A stretch of DNA of 64,000 nt. Source: Malacoraja senta (Eukaryota). Shown here one piece after another: positions 22,581 to 35,862 of the stretch. The notes under the pieces are model-generated. The model was given only the letters and a program-made list of their open reading frames with translations, made no database searches and had not been told where the DNA came from. Positions within the stretch are counted from its first letter, which is position 1. Each line of letters starts with the position of its first letter. The stretch is from positions 1 to 64,000 of the forward strand of contig JAXLNO010004019.1 in assembly GCA_038087875.1 (NCBI GenBank), in the 5' to 3' direction. The translations under genes and the position numbers were made by a program.

Positions 22581-23889
22581 CCATAGTGTAATGGCCCTGT
22601 CTCACGGTGCGAGTTGACCCACGAGGTACCCCGAGTGAAAGACTCGTGGTTGTGTACGAGATTCCAAGTGTATGATCAAGAATGTAACCGAGTTCCCACG
22701 GGTATGACTACGTTTGCGGTTAACTTGTCATTTTTGCGATGTTCCAAGTTCGTGTCCCGAGTTACCAAGTTCCTCTCCCGAGTTACTCTTGAGCCAAACG
22801 TGAATGAAGGTCTGTTTTAATAAGCAACAGTGTTACTGAAGAAGGGTTTCGACCCGAAACGTCGCATATCTCTTCTCTCCGTAGGTGCTGCCTCACCCGC
22901 TGAGTTTCTCCAGCATTTTTTGTTTGCCTTTGCATATTTACAAGCCTTGTTATCACCGTTTTTAAACAAAACAATATTCATGCTCAACATTATGTTTATC
23001 GAAGTACGTTCACTGTACTTCCTTTACTGTAATAGACGTTGGAACCTCCTGAGTTTGTGATGGGCGCTATTTAAATACAGGGATGTCTCTTCATTGCTGG
23101 ACGTTTTTCCCTGTAACATATTTAATAGAATTTAAACTTTATAATTAAACTATTCGCATCCGCATATAAAATCTGAATTAAGCCGAATTACTCATTGAAC
23201 TGGCAATCGTGACATGAAAGCCATAAAGACGGAAATGGCAGACACAGACGCAGAATATTTGTATCTGCATTGCATTTACGTGCAGTTCATTTGGACCACA
23301 GTCTATGGCCCTTCCGCTGCAGGATATTGAAATGGGGACACCCGTCAGACAAGGGTAGGGATATCACCCTAAGGGGCACATAGCGACAAGAGAGTTTTGT
23401 TTAAATATACATGGAAACACTCCTAAGTATGACACTATTGAATGTATAGACACTGATAATGCATTGCACTGTTTTTGTTTTATGCACATTTCTTATTCTG
23501 AGTAAAGTTTATTTTAGAAAAATATCAAAGGCATTAACCACTGAGAATCTATGAAAAGATTTCACACGGTTTTTGTTTTATACATATTTTTATTCAGGAG
23601 AAACATTATTTTTGAAATTACACATGACATTGGTGTATTGCATATCCTGTACATCTTTTTGTGAATAAAGTTTAAAAAAAAAAAAATCCACTGAAGGCAC
23701 TGTTGTGTTTTTAAATTGATCTCAGTAACTGCAGGAGCATTTGTTAATGAAACAACATTCTCAAGTATCTTAATAATAAACCACGGTTTAAGTTTTCGCA
23801 AAAGCCTTTAGGAATGGCAATAATTATTTCATTTAAAGGATAACCTTTCAAATACTGACCGTTAATAAGGACGTAATAAATTTAAGCTG

Positions 23890-24275
23890 GAGTAAGCAAT
23901 CCTTTGGTCTTCTCCGCCGTCCAGGTAGATCACGGCTGATCTAGTTTCTTCTTCATAATGTGTGGAGCTCCGTCCGTTCCTGGAACCCCAAGCCGCTGGG
24001 GGTTCTCCCGACGCCGGAGCACCATCACCCGGCGAGAACATCGGGCGCTGTGGCGGCGACTGTGGAGGCCTCAGTGGGCCCGACTCTGGGTGGACAAGAG
24101 GATGGGGACTGGACTTTGTGCCTTCCCCCACAGTGGTTCCCACTGTGGAGGGATGTTTTGGTGTTGAACTTATTTTTAATACTGTGTTGTATTTTATTAG
24201 TGTGCTGCAAGGACATCTGAATTTCCCCTGAATAAGGGGATTAATAAAGTCTAATTCAATTCAATTCAATTCAAT
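23890..24275 (+). mobile_element. LINE 3' end with (ATTCA)n tail
   Basis: GC-rich 3' UTR, CACAGTGGTTCCCACTGTG hairpin, AATAAA and AATTC tandem tail. Confidence 0.55.
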
Positions 24276-25289
24276 ATGATATCCTATGAATTGATAACGA
24301 GTTTTCCAGGCGAAGCAGAACTTTTGCAATATCCGTTGCAGAAACAGGGGGTGCGCAGTTTAATATTACCTGCACCCTATAATCAGTGACTGGATTCTTG
24401 CTTTTCAATCAAAATAAGAAAGCACCACGTTAATTCACGAGAAAGTACATTGCAAAGCTCGATTCTACAAATATAGCAAACTCTCAAAATATTGTTCCTT
24501 TGTCTACAGTTTATAGTCTTTAACTATTTTTTTTTTTTACTGTGGTCTAATGTATTAAACTATTGGTAAAAAAAACAACCAAAGGAAATATGCAGGATTA
24601 TGTCACTTTTTAACATCTGCTGGCAGAAAATATATTTACTACTCTACATATATTTATCAAAAAAAAGAATATTGTAAATATTTTATAAATGTCACTTGCT
24701 GTAGAATTTTGTTCAGAAATAATTAAAATAGCAAGTGAAATGTAGTTATATTGCCAGGGAACGGCTTAAAATTGCTTGCTAAATTTAGGTTAGCAATAAA
24801 ACACAGCAACGATTCAAATAAATTATTTCATTATTGTCACGTGTAAAAGCTTTGTTTTGCATACTATCTTATCAGATGGATAGCATCGGTTTGGAAGGAT
24901 ATGGGCCATACGCTGGCATGTGGGGCGCCATGTTCGGCATGGAGAAATTGGACCAAATAAGCTGTTTCCGTGTTGTATGACTGACTCTATGAGTAGCAAT
25001 GTTACAACATTTTGAGATTTAAAAAATCAAGTCTGTAATTTATCCCGTCAGATAATGCATAAAAAGACGTTTAATTTGACACCTAATTCACTTTCATATC
25101 TTCAGTATTAAAAAAGCTATGGCCATTTTCATACTCGGAAATTAGCATCTTGTTCCCTATTGCTTTTCCATTGACTTAACACAAAAGCTGTGATCGAGGA
25201 CAGTCAAAAGCCCATAACTTTCTTAAAAATTAAGAGAACTGAAAGAAATTTTCAGTTATTATAGATTGAAGCATTCTGAAACAAATATA

Positions 25290-27010
25290 ATAATAATAAT
25301 AATATATTTTATTGTCATTGCACGTCAGTGCAACGAGATTTAGTATGCAGCTCCACCGATGTACAAGAAAAGTAAAATAAATAAACCATGTGAGGTCCTC
25401 TGAAATGTGAGTGCCCAGAAACTTAAAGCTGGACACTCTCTCCACACTTTCCCCGTAAATGGAGATTGGGGCGTATTCTCCATTATGGGACCTCCTGAAG
25501 TCGATAATCAGCTCCTTGGTCTTGGAGGTGTTTAGTGACAAGTTGTTATGAGCGCACCAGTCCGCCAGGTTCTGCACCTCCGCTCTGTATTTTGTTTCAT
25601 CACTGTTGGTGATCACCGTTGGTGTAGTCTGCAAACTTCACGATGGTGTTGGTGTCGAATGCAGGGACACAGTCGTGAGTGAAGAGGGAGTAGAGCATGG
25701 GGCTTAGTACACAGCCCTGTGGTGCTCAGGGTGATAGTGGAGGACAGGTGCGGGCCCGGTCTCACTGCCTGCGGTCGCTCCGTCAAAGTTCAAGATCCAA
25801 TCGCATATCGAGTTTGGTGGTGAGCTTGGGTATTGATGACCGTGTTGAATGCAGAGCTATAGTCAATGAAGAGCTTCCTCACATACGTGCCCTGTCTGTC
25901 CAGGTGAGTCAGGACAGTGTGAAGAGCCAGATAGATGGCATCCCCTGTATGCAAATTGATGGGAGTCCAGTGAGGCAGGGATGCTGGATTTGATATGGGA
26001 GAGGACCAGCCTTTCGAAGCACTTCATTGGGGTTGGAGTTAGGGCAACCGGGCGGTAGTCGTTCAGGTTGGTGATTTTGGACTTTTTCGGCACCGGCACT
26101 ATGGTGGCTGTTTTCAGGCACTTGGGGACCGTTGCCAGAGATAGAGACAGATTGAAGATTCTCGTGAATACCTCCGCCAGCTGTACAGCACAGTCCTTTA
26201 GTACCCTTCCCTGGACTCCATCCGGGCCTGCAGCCTTGCGTGGATTAATCCTACGCAGAGCGCACTGTACCTCCTGGGTGCTCAGTGTTAAGGCCTGTCC
26301 CTCCGCCATGGCCGGGGTTATTCCACTCCTGGTGGTGTTGCCAGTTTCGAACCGGGCAAAGAAGGTGTTTAGTTCGTTGGCCAGTGTGATATCACCGTGG
26401 GGGCAGGCGGGGCTGCTCTTGTAGTCGGTGATGTCCCTGACACCCTGCCACATGCTTCTGGTGTCCGCGGTGTTGAAGTGGTCTTCTACCCTTTGCCTGT
26501 GGATGTCTTTGGCCTTTTTTGTGCCTCTGTTCAGGTTCGACCTGGCCGCACTGTAAGCAGAAGTGTCCCTGGATTTAAAGGTATTGTTGCGTGCCCTTAG
26601 CATATCCTGAACCTCCTTGTTCATCCTTGAACATCTTTATTTGCTTGTCCACTGTGACAGTCTCCGCACAGCAATTGATGTAGGAGAGCACAGTGGAAGT
26701 GTACTCCTCCAAGTCTACCTCTGTACCACTGGTAGCCTGTTGTGCAAACAGGTCCCAGTTGGTGCGATCAAAGCATTCCTGGAGTTGTAGGGTGGCGTCC
26801 TCGGGCCATATTTTGACCGTCCTTATTGCAGGTTTGGTCTTGTGGATGAGGGGTTTGTATGCAGGCAGTATAAACAGTGAGAGGTGATTGGATTGTCCCA
26901 GGGATGGGCGGGGGAGAGCTCTGTATGCGTCCTTGATGTTGGTGTACACTTTATCCAACGTGTTTGAGCCCCTGGTAGGGCACTGCACATGCTGGTGGAA
27001 TTTGCGGACA
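25290..27010 (-). mobile_element. Rex1/Babar LINE, internally deleted ORF2
   Basis: [39 protein letters not shown]; (ATA)n tail at 25287-25303. Confidence 0.85.
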
Positions 27011-29999
27011 ATCTTACTTAGATGACATGAAATTAAAGCATATAATTAGTTAGTACCTAATTGTAGCTAATTACAAAATTCAACTACTAGATCTAAACAT
27101 CTTATCAATTTCTTAAGAATAGATTAACATTTTTAAATAGCCTAAGTGTCCAAATAACATTCACACAAGAATTCACAATATAACATCATTTTTAAATCTC
27201 ATTGTCATGGATTTATAGGCCAAATGGAACGAATACCTGTAATGTTTAATACCTGTAAATTAATGGGCATTTAAATCATCTTGCGAGTGGGTTTTTCTGG
27301 AACGCGATCATTTGGAACGTTGATTTGCGGTGAATTTAACCCCGTATCGGCATGAAAAATACTGCCATTAGTTCGGGGAAAAAAATCACCTTTTCGCAAA
27401 TTAAAATGTGAATTAAAGGCCTCTTAAGGAGCACTTTTATACATAAAATAAACTGCTTTCGTTTACCTGTCCCGTGCGTGAAATCCGCCCCCGTTGTCGG
27501 CGTTGACGGCTTCAGAAGCTGATTTTAAAATGACTCCAGCGCTGAACTTGTCGGGAGATTTTTAAAACAAAATACACATAACGCCCATCGGAACGATTCT
27601 TCAGCAAAAGCTGGCACTCCAACGAAATATAATTCAGGACAAGGTAGGAGAAACCCGCGTTTTAACCCCGCCCCCCCCCTTCAAAGGCGGCAAAATAGCG
27701 CACACAGCTAGTGGCAAAAGTGGATGTAGTGTATCTAGACTGATGTCAAAATACCGTGGCTGGATTTATTAATTAAACGGAGCTCTGATGAAAGATCGCA
27801 CTCGAAACGTTAATCCAACACGGTAGACTCAAGAGTCACTAAGTTTAACTCAAGGGCCACCACGTTCTTACAAATGTTTCAATTTTTAACCTCAAGAGTA
27901 AATTTTACTCGTGGAAAACTTTAAACATGTTTGAACTTTTTCAACAGTTAACAAGTTTCACGGGTACCTGCCGTTAGCGCCACGAGTCGCTAAGTTGCGT
28001 CCACGAGTTCCGACGTTCCCACTACGTTAATTGTAAGTGATTACCACGAGTTAAATTTGTTTTAAGCTCGGGGTACCTCGTGGGTCAGCTCGCACTGTGA
28101 GACGGGTTTAACTGTGTTTAATTGAGAGGGAGGGGGAGAGAGGGAGGGGGAGAGGGAGGCCTTCAGATGAAATTTAGCATTGTTGGTAGGTGTTGTAGGG
28201 AATTTTGAACATGTTAAGTAAGATAAGTAGGAACTCGCATACTGGGAAGCATGGTGTGGACAATGGCCAAGAATGTAGTCAGAATAGCAAAGCTGAATCA
28301 TTTTGCTGAAAAGCAGACTGGAGGACAGAGGATCTAAGGGGGTAGAGGAACTGAAATAAATTTTCATTAGGCGAGAAATAGTATTGGGTTGGCTAATGGG
28401 ACTGAAGGATGATAAATCCCCTGGGCCTGATGGTCTGCATCCCAGGGTTCTCAGGGAGGTGGCTCTAGAAATAGTGGACGCATTGGTGATCATTTTCCAA
28501 TGTTCAATAGATTCAGGATCAGTTGCTGTGGATTGGAGGACAGCTAATGTTATCCCACTTTTCAAGAAAGGAGCGAGAGAGAAAACGGGGAATTACAGAC
28601 CAGTTAGCCTGACCGGTGGTGGGAAAGATGCTGGAGTCAATTATTAAAGAGGTAATAATGGGGCATTTGGATAGCAGTAAAAGGATTAGTCCAAGTCAAC
28701 ATGGATTTATGAAAGGGAAATCATGCTTGACTAATCTTCTGGAATTTTTTGAGGATGTGACAAGTAAAATGGATGAAGGGGTGCCAGTGGATGTAGTGTA
28801 TCTAGACTTTCAGAAAACCTTTGATAAGGTCCCGCACGGGAGACTGGTGACTAAAATTAGACCACGGTATTAGAGGTAGGGTGTTGACATGGATAGAAAA
28901 TTGGTTGGCAGACCGGAAGCAAAGAGTAGGAGTGAATAGGTCCTTTTCAGAATGGGATGCAGTGGCGAGTGGAGTGCCGCAAGGCTCGGTGTTGGGGACG
29001 CAACTGTTTACCATATAAATTAATGATTTGGAAGAGGGAATTAGGAGCAACACTAGCAAGTTTGCGGATGACACAAAGCTGGGTGACAGTGTGAACTGTG
29101 AAGAGGACGTTAGGAGGTTGCAGGGTGACCTGGACAGGTTGAGTGAGTGGGCAGATGCGTGGCAGATGCAGCAGGGCTGGAAATTAGCAGTTGCCTGGGC
29201 CCCATTGACCACAGAAAGTGCCCCCGGGCAACCTAAACGCCGACTCATTTTGCCCGGCTTGGCACCCAAATACTGGTTTATACCGGTAGACGCAAAAAAC
29301 TGGAGTAACTCATGCAGCATCTCCAGCGAATAGGAACTGACGTTTCGGGTCGGCGGCTGTATTCCTCTAGTATCTTTGATTGCGGGTCAAAGATACTAGG
29401 TGCCTGGTGACGAAGGGTCGGGGCGAATGACGGGCCCCGAACAGCGGCAACAGCGGCCGCGACAGCAGCTCCACCGCCTCCCGCCCGGCGGAAGGAGGCC
29501 TCCCTCTTTCCCCCCCCTCCTCGGCGTGCGAGAGGGGGTTGTTTTGAAAGCGTCTTTTGCGGATTTGCCATCAGTGGCTCCTATCGCCCTGATAACGGTC
29601 GCTGCTTGCAACTCCGCTAACGACACTTTCAAACCAACCCCACTCGCACGCCGAGGCCGGGAGGAGGGAGGGAGAGGGAGGCCTCCTTCCGCCGTCTGAA
29701 GCAGCTGCACCAAAGATCCTACAGCTATAGGATCTTTGAGCTGCACCGCTCGGCCCCGCACCTTCCTGTCGGCTGGCGGAGGAGGGGAGGCGGTGGCGAG
29801 GAGGCGGCGACGGCACTTTGGTGTTGGACAGGGACGGCCAAGGCAGCGGGGCGATGTCCGAGGAGCGCTTACCTTTCTTCCTCCCCACCTCCTCTGCCCC
29901 TTCCCGCCCCCCCTCTTTCTCTCTCTCTCTCTTGTACGCCCCCCTCCACCGCTCTTATCCTAGGACCCCTCCTCTCCATCCCGCACTGATCCCCATTCC

Positions 30000-30560
30000 C
30001 TCCTCTATTCAGTCCTCACTGACATCCTCTGTGCTCCCCTCCCCATCTACCCCCCCCCCCAATCTATTCATCACCCTACCCACCTCGCATTGATTCTTCT
30101 GCCACCCCCCCCCCCCATCCATCCTACACTGGTCCCCCAATTCATCCTGTACTGATCCCCTTCCCATCCATCCTGCACTTCTCCCCCCCCACCATTCATA
30201 CTGCACTGATCCGCCCATTCATCCCGTACTGACCCACCCTCCATTTACCCTGTAGTGATCTCCCATTCATCCTGCATAGACCCTCCGATCCACACTGCTC
30301 TGACCCCCCCATTCATCCTGTACTGATCCCCCCATTCATCCTGTGCTGATCCCCCCCCCATCCATCCTGTACTGATCCCCCCCATTGAAAAAGAATGGGG
30401 GGAACAGTCTGAAGAAGGGTGTCGACCCGAAACGTTGCTTATTTCCTTAGCTCCATAGATGCTGCCTCACCCGCTGAATTTCTCCAGCCTTTTTGTCTAC
30501 CCCCATTCGTCCTGTACTGAACCCCCATTCATCCTATACTGATTCCCCCCATCCATCCCA
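30000..30560. repeat. C-rich minisatellite (CCCATTCATCCTGTACTGATCC-like unit)
   Basis: Many imperfect ~22-27-nt units; a homologous array lies at ~58960-59430. Confidence 0.8.
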
Positions 30561-30939
30561 TATTGATCCCCCCCCATTCAACACCACTGACATCCCCCGT
30601 GCTCTCCTCTCACAATTTTACATACTCCAACCAACACGTACTAATCACCTGCCTCAATCCATACATTCCGCACCGATTGCCTTCTCAACCCCCCCCCCCC
30701 CGCCATCTATCCACCCCGCATTGATTCACACACCCCCTGACCCTATTGTGCTTCATGGTCTTCAGAGCGAACATTGATTATGTTTGATAACTGAATTTAA
30801 TCAAATGTGTTTTAATTCCCAATGTTATTATTTGTTTTGACACCTTTAAACATATTACCAAAAGAACATTTGCTGCAGTTATGTCCTTTGGCCATCTCTT
30901 GTCAGTTAGTGTAATGTTTAACCTGTCAGATGGGTATAC

Positions 30940-31420
30940 ATAGATACATAGAAAATAGGTGCAGGAGTAGGCCATTCGGCCCTTCGAGCCTGCACTGCCA
31001 TTCAATATGATCATGGCTGATCATCCAACTCAGTATCCCGTACCTGCCTTCTCTCCATACCACCTGATCCCTTTAGCCACAAGGGCCACATCTAACTCCC
31101 TCTTAAATATAGCCAATGAGCTGGCCTCAACTACCCTCTGTGGCAGAGAGTTCCAGAGATTCACCACTCTCTGTGTGAAAAAGTTTTTCCTCATCTCGGT
31201 CTTAAAGGATTTCCCCCTTATCCTTAAGCTGTGACCCCTTGTCCTGGACTTCCCCAACATCGGGAACAATCTTCCTGCATCTAGCCTGTCCAACCCCATA
31301 AGAATGTTGTAAGTTTCTATAAGATCCCCTCTCAATCTCCTAAATTCTAGCGAGTATAAGCCAAGTCTATCCAGTCTTTCTTCATATGAAAGTCCTGACA
31401 TCCCAGGAATCAGTCTGGTA
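30940..31420 (-). mobile_element. CR1 3' fragment nested in the TIR element
   Basis: ORF 31030-31401 (SGLSYEERLDRLGLYSLEFRR); near-identical to 403-900. Confidence 0.88.
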
Positions 31421-34400
31421 TAGTCGGTACAGTCAGGAATAGTCGGTATTAACAGCTATTATCATAAAATGCCTTTAGAAATTTCCTTGCAACCTGTATA
31501 TTTTGTTATGGATAAATTATGTGGGAAGCCAGAGTGTTTCTGTGCCAATAGCAATAACGACCCATGCTATGGACATGTCATGGTAATTTTCGGTCCTTCA
31601 CAGAAAATATGGTTGCATCAATTTGTAGCGTGTATGGTTAAGCATATGCTGATGGGTTTCACCCTTCTTCAGACTGATGGGTTTCGGCCTGAAACGTTGC
31701 TTATTTCCTTCGCTCCATAGATGCTGCTGCACTCGCTGAGTTTCTCCAGCACTTTTGTCTACCTTTGATTTTCCAGCATCTGCAGTTCCTTCTTGAACAT
31801 AATATGTGAATGCTTCATTGAGCATAATTCCGAATGGTACCTACGCACTTCGTCCGAGCCCATTATCGCACGGGTCATGCAAACCGTCTTCAATGACCAC
31901 CTAAACTGTCATTTGGCAACCTAAAAGGCTGTCAAGGTTGCCCGGCTGGCAACAGGGGAAAAAAGTTAAGTGAGAGCCCTGTGCAGTATAATATAGATAA
32001 TTGTGAGGTTATCCACTTTGGCGGCAAAAACAAGGGAGCAGATTATTATCTCAATGGGGTTAGGTTAGGTAATGGGGAGGTACAGCGAGACCTGGGTGTC
32101 CTTGTACACTGAAAGTTGGCGTGCAGGTACAGCAGGCAGTGAAGAAAGCTAATGGAATGTTGGCCTTCATAACAAGAGGATTTCAGTACAGGAGTAAAAA
32201 GGTTCTTCTGCAGTTGTATAGGGCTCTGGTGAGACCACATCTGGAGTATTGTGTACAGTTTTGGTCTCCTAATTTGAGGAAGGACATCCTTGTGATTGAG
32301 GCAGTGCAGCGTAGGTTCACGAGATTGATCCCTGGGATGGCGGGACTATCATATGAGGAAAGATTGAAAAGACTAGGCTTGTATTCACTGGACTTTAGAA
32401 GGATGAGGGGGATCTTATAGAAACATAAAATTATAAAAGGACTGGACAAGCTAGATGCAGGAAAAATGTTCCCAATGTTGGGCGAGTCCAGAACCAGGGG
32501 CCACAGTCTTAGAATAAAGCGGAGGTCATTTAAGACTGAGGTGAGAAAAAAACGTTTTCACCCAGAGAGTTGTGAATTTATGGAATTCCCTGCCACAGAG
32601 AGCAGTGGAGGCCAAATCATTGGATGGATTTAAGAGAGAGTTAGATAGAGCTCTAGGGGCTAGTGGAGTCAAGGGATATGGGGAGAAGGCAGGCACGGGT
32701 TATTGATGGGGGACGATCAACCATGATCACAATGAATGGTGGTGCTGGCTCGAAGGGCCGAATGGCCTCCTGCACCTATTTTCTATGTCTATGTTTCTAT
32801 GTCTACGTTTCTATGTTTCTTATCAATCGGAGGGAAGGATAGTCCTTCACAGTTGTGTCTGGGTTCTTATCTGTTGCAATCTTGCATTACAGCTGCTCTT
32901 GGTCATTATGTTTAGCAGCCAGTTCTCGCAAAGGTTAACAAATTGCCACTTTTACAAGGGGATTCCATTTGGTGGGGGAATCTGGCCATTTATGGCATCC
33001 ACAGGTGAGATAAGTGGGTGGGAGAATTCCAAACAACAAGAAAGGCAAGATTTAAGTCAACTTTGGGGAGACGTTGATTTATGATTGTTTATTTCAACTC
33101 CACAAGTAACCATTGTGTCATGAGGGTATAAGAATCCTACAGTTATTGTAGGATTTTGAAGTAGTTTGAGTTTGCTCACACTGCTTCCCGATGTATTTTG
33201 CTGAGGCCTTTATTAAACTGACATGTTAGATAGACTCGCCACTGATCTATGAGTTTTTTCAATTTGTGTCTGTGCCTATCTGAGTAAAGTCGGATATAGA
33301 CTATGGGTAAAGTACAAAATGCCCTCTAACAGAAGGTCTTTGTATCCTCAGCATCCTTCATAGTTTGTTATAGTGGAAGGCGTGTTTATAGCTTTTTATA
33401 TCTATTTTATATCTATCATTGGATTTGTTCTGCAAATTAATACTAGTTATTTTTTAATGCATTCAAACCAAATATACTTTAATATTCCTTAATCAACTCA
33501 AATTATACCCATTATTATCATAAGCAATGACAGACATCCAGCATTAGGTGCTTTGCTGAATATTGCACAAAATAGCATGACTAAATCTGTATTTTGTCTA
33601 ATAGTTTAAATGTAAGCTGTAAGCTTTCATGTTTGTTTATATTTCCTGCAATAATATTGTCTGTGGGGAACAAAAGCTTTAAATATTGGCTTATATTCTT
33701 ATTTCAAAAACTGCTCTTTCACAAAGTTGCATTTTATTATTCTCTTGAATAATAGAATATTGCACTAACTAACTGGATTTATCATTTTTTTAAGATGATA
33801 AGATGAAGCTTGTATTTTTCAGTTTGAAGCCTCTGCTTGTTTTTGGTTATGTTGAGCTTTTAGAGGATTAAGTTGCTCCTGACATAATTTTACTGGCGTG
33901 CTGCAAGTCATACTGAGCTCGGGCATTGTGGAAGAGCACATGGATGCTTGTACAGAACTGTAATATTGCTAAGTTTTAATGTTTGACAGCAGGAAGTGGC
34001 CTGCATCAGTCAGAGTATTGAGTATAGTTGGGAGGTCATGTTGCAGTTATATAAGATGTTGGTGAGGCTGCCTTTAGAGTATAGACTTCCGGTGGCGCTA
34101 TGGAGGAATAGAGGTCCGCGCCAGCTAGCTCCACGCAAAATTGTTTGAAAACGGGGAGAAAAGAACGGGACTGACCCGCTGATAACACTCTGGCTGCTTG
34201 CAACGAGTGAGTGACGTCATCAGGCGAGCGACTCCGGCGGTATGTCTGTCTAACATACCCCCCCACCCCCAAGACGAAAAGCCCAACCGTGAAGCCCAAG
34301 GACTGAAGTCTCAGTCGGACTACGCCCGACTGAAGCCTCGGGCTCAGTTTTAGCGTCGTCCCAGGAAGATGTTTCAAAGAAGACAAAAGTCGAAAAAAAC

Positions 34401-34518
34401 AGAAATAGAGGAACTTCGAAGTTTTCTCTCACAAGAAATTGCAAGTATAAAGGAACAATTGAAAAGTTTTAAAGAAAAACTGAACTTTAAAGAAGAACTG
34501 CAATCCTTTAAAGAATAA

Positions 34519-35301
34519 ATGAAAGAAGAAATTACAAACTCTGTTCATGAAGTGTTGGAAGCCTGGAAGATAACAATGGAAGAAAATCTTACTCTACAGA
34601 TCGAAGAGGTAAATGTTAAAATAAATTCGATGGAATCCAGCTTTAATTCTAAGTTGGATACCATCATCCAGACATTAAATCAACAAAATACAGCTATAAC
34701 TCAATTAGAGGATATTGCTGAGACAGGTGCCGAAACTACAAAAAAGCTTCTCTCCGAGAACAAGCGTTTATCAGACTCATTGAGTAAAATAACTGAAAAA
34801 TGTATTGACTTGGAGGGATGTCAGAGACGACAAAATTTAAGAATTGTGGGCGTCCAGGAAGGCAGAGAGGGGAGCCGTGACCTCCGTGAATTTTCTGCAG
34901 ACTTATTACAAAAAGTCTTAAATCTTGATCAAAAACCCCTACTAAGTCGGGCACACAGAGCACTGGGACGCCGCCCAAGACAACTGATAGTGAAGGTGCA
35001 ATATGGCCATGTTTTGGATAATATGATGAAGAAAATCGTTCGCAACAGAGATCTCCTATTTGAAGGAGACAAGATCAGTATATTTAGAGATTATCCTGTG
35101 GAGGTCACCAGGAAGAGAGCGCTGTTTACAGAGACAAGAAGAATACTTAAGAATATACAAGATCTGAGATTATGGACTGATGTATCCCGCAACACTGAGT
35201 TACCTACAAGAGGAAGGAATATTTCTTCACTGACCACAAGGAAGCACTTGATTTCGCCCTGGACATTGAGAATAAGACCGATGATTGAACAATACTTGTG
35301 A
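34519..35301 (+). CDS. L1 ORF1 protein (coiled coil, RRM, CTD; transposase-22-like), 3' end frameshifted
   Basis: LEGCQRRQNLRIVGVQEG...RAHR...PRQLIVK...ISIFRDYP. Confidence 0.8.
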   Translation: MKEEITNSVHEVLEAWKITMEENLTLQIEEVNVKINSMESSFNSKLDTIIQTLNQQNTAITQLEDIAETGAETTKKLLSENKRLSDSLSKITEKCIDLEGCQRRQNLRIVGVQEGREGSRDLREFSADLLQKVLNLDQKPLLSRAHRALGRRPRQLIVKVQYGHVLDNMMKKIVRNRDLLFEGDKISIFRDYPVEVTRKRALFTETRRILKNIQDLRLWTDVSRNTELPTRGRNISSLTTRKHLISPWTLRIRPMIEQYL

Positions 35302-35826
35302 GATTCAAAATCACAAATGCTTTTAGAGACAAAGTCGGCAAAGAAGCTTTTTATTCAAATCATATTCTGCAGAATAGGTGCCTCTCCTCTGATGTCCCCT
35401 AGAGGCACACCGAGGATCGGGATGTCTTCTATCTTTATACATTTCATGGGTATCATTGTCACACCCTCATCCCTCCCCATTGTGCTTCTTCCAATCATAA
35501 CATAAAGCCCACATTCCCACGAGAACGTCCTGGAACGTCCACCCGGCGTCAAAGACACCTCCCATATCATGCATCGCATGTGCATTTAAATGAGACATCT
35601 TGTCATAGTGGGTGTGTGTACATATTCATGTAAGTTCATTGCCCATGCGCACAGAGTGTTTCTTATGACCCTTACCCTAGTTCTATCCTGGACGGTCTCC
35701 TTATCTTCTCTGTTCTCATCCTTGAAAAAGTCACCATCTGTGCTCGTTCTTCACTCCCCCTATCCTCCCTACTATACAAAGGGTTCTTGTCTAAATCAAC
35801 TTATACCTATTAACCCCTTCCTCACA
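35297..35826 (-). repeat. ERV 3' LTR (530 bp)
   Basis: TG...CA ends; differs from the 5' LTR by ~7 substitutions and one 12-bp tandem duplication (by eye). Confidence 0.93.
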
Positions 35827-35828
35827 AT

Positions 35829-35844
35829 CCACACTTTTACTTTT
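35829..35844 (-). promoter_or_regulatory. Degenerate polypurine tract
   Basis: AAAAGTAAAAGTGTGG, 2 nt upstream of the 3' LTR. Confidence 0.65.
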
Positions 35845-35862
35845 GCTACTGCAATCTTTGAT

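Larger units (their letters stand above)
22592..28108. mobile_element. Non-autonomous Harbinger-like TIR element with nested insertions
   Basis: TIR GTCTCACGGTGCGAGTTGACCCACGAGGTACCCGAG at the left and its inverted copy at ~28068-28106; TAA flanks; CACGAG subterminal repeats; no transposase ORF seen. Confidence 0.65.
29172..31981. mobile_element. Non-autonomous composite TIR element, copy 1 (5-bp TSD)
   Basis: Ends CAGGGCT...AGCCCTG; TSD TGCAG at 29167-29171 and 31982-31986, whose removal restores the CR1 WQMQYN frame; GGCAAC/GTTGCC subterminal repeats. Confidence 0.8.
28310..32820 (+). mobile_element. CR1 RT half split by a TIR element
   Basis: KSPGPDGLHP...FADD...WQMQ (28384-29171) resumes as QYN...LVRPHLEYC (31982 onward); (CTATGTTT)n tail at 32780-32820. 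Confidence 0.88.

Noticed and set aside
30000-30560. Tandem C-rich units as a CRISPR-like or Ig switch-like array
   Set aside because: Eukaryotic context, no unique spacers and no AGCT-rich motif; the array is cargo of a TIR element, and cartilaginous fish lack conventional switch regions.
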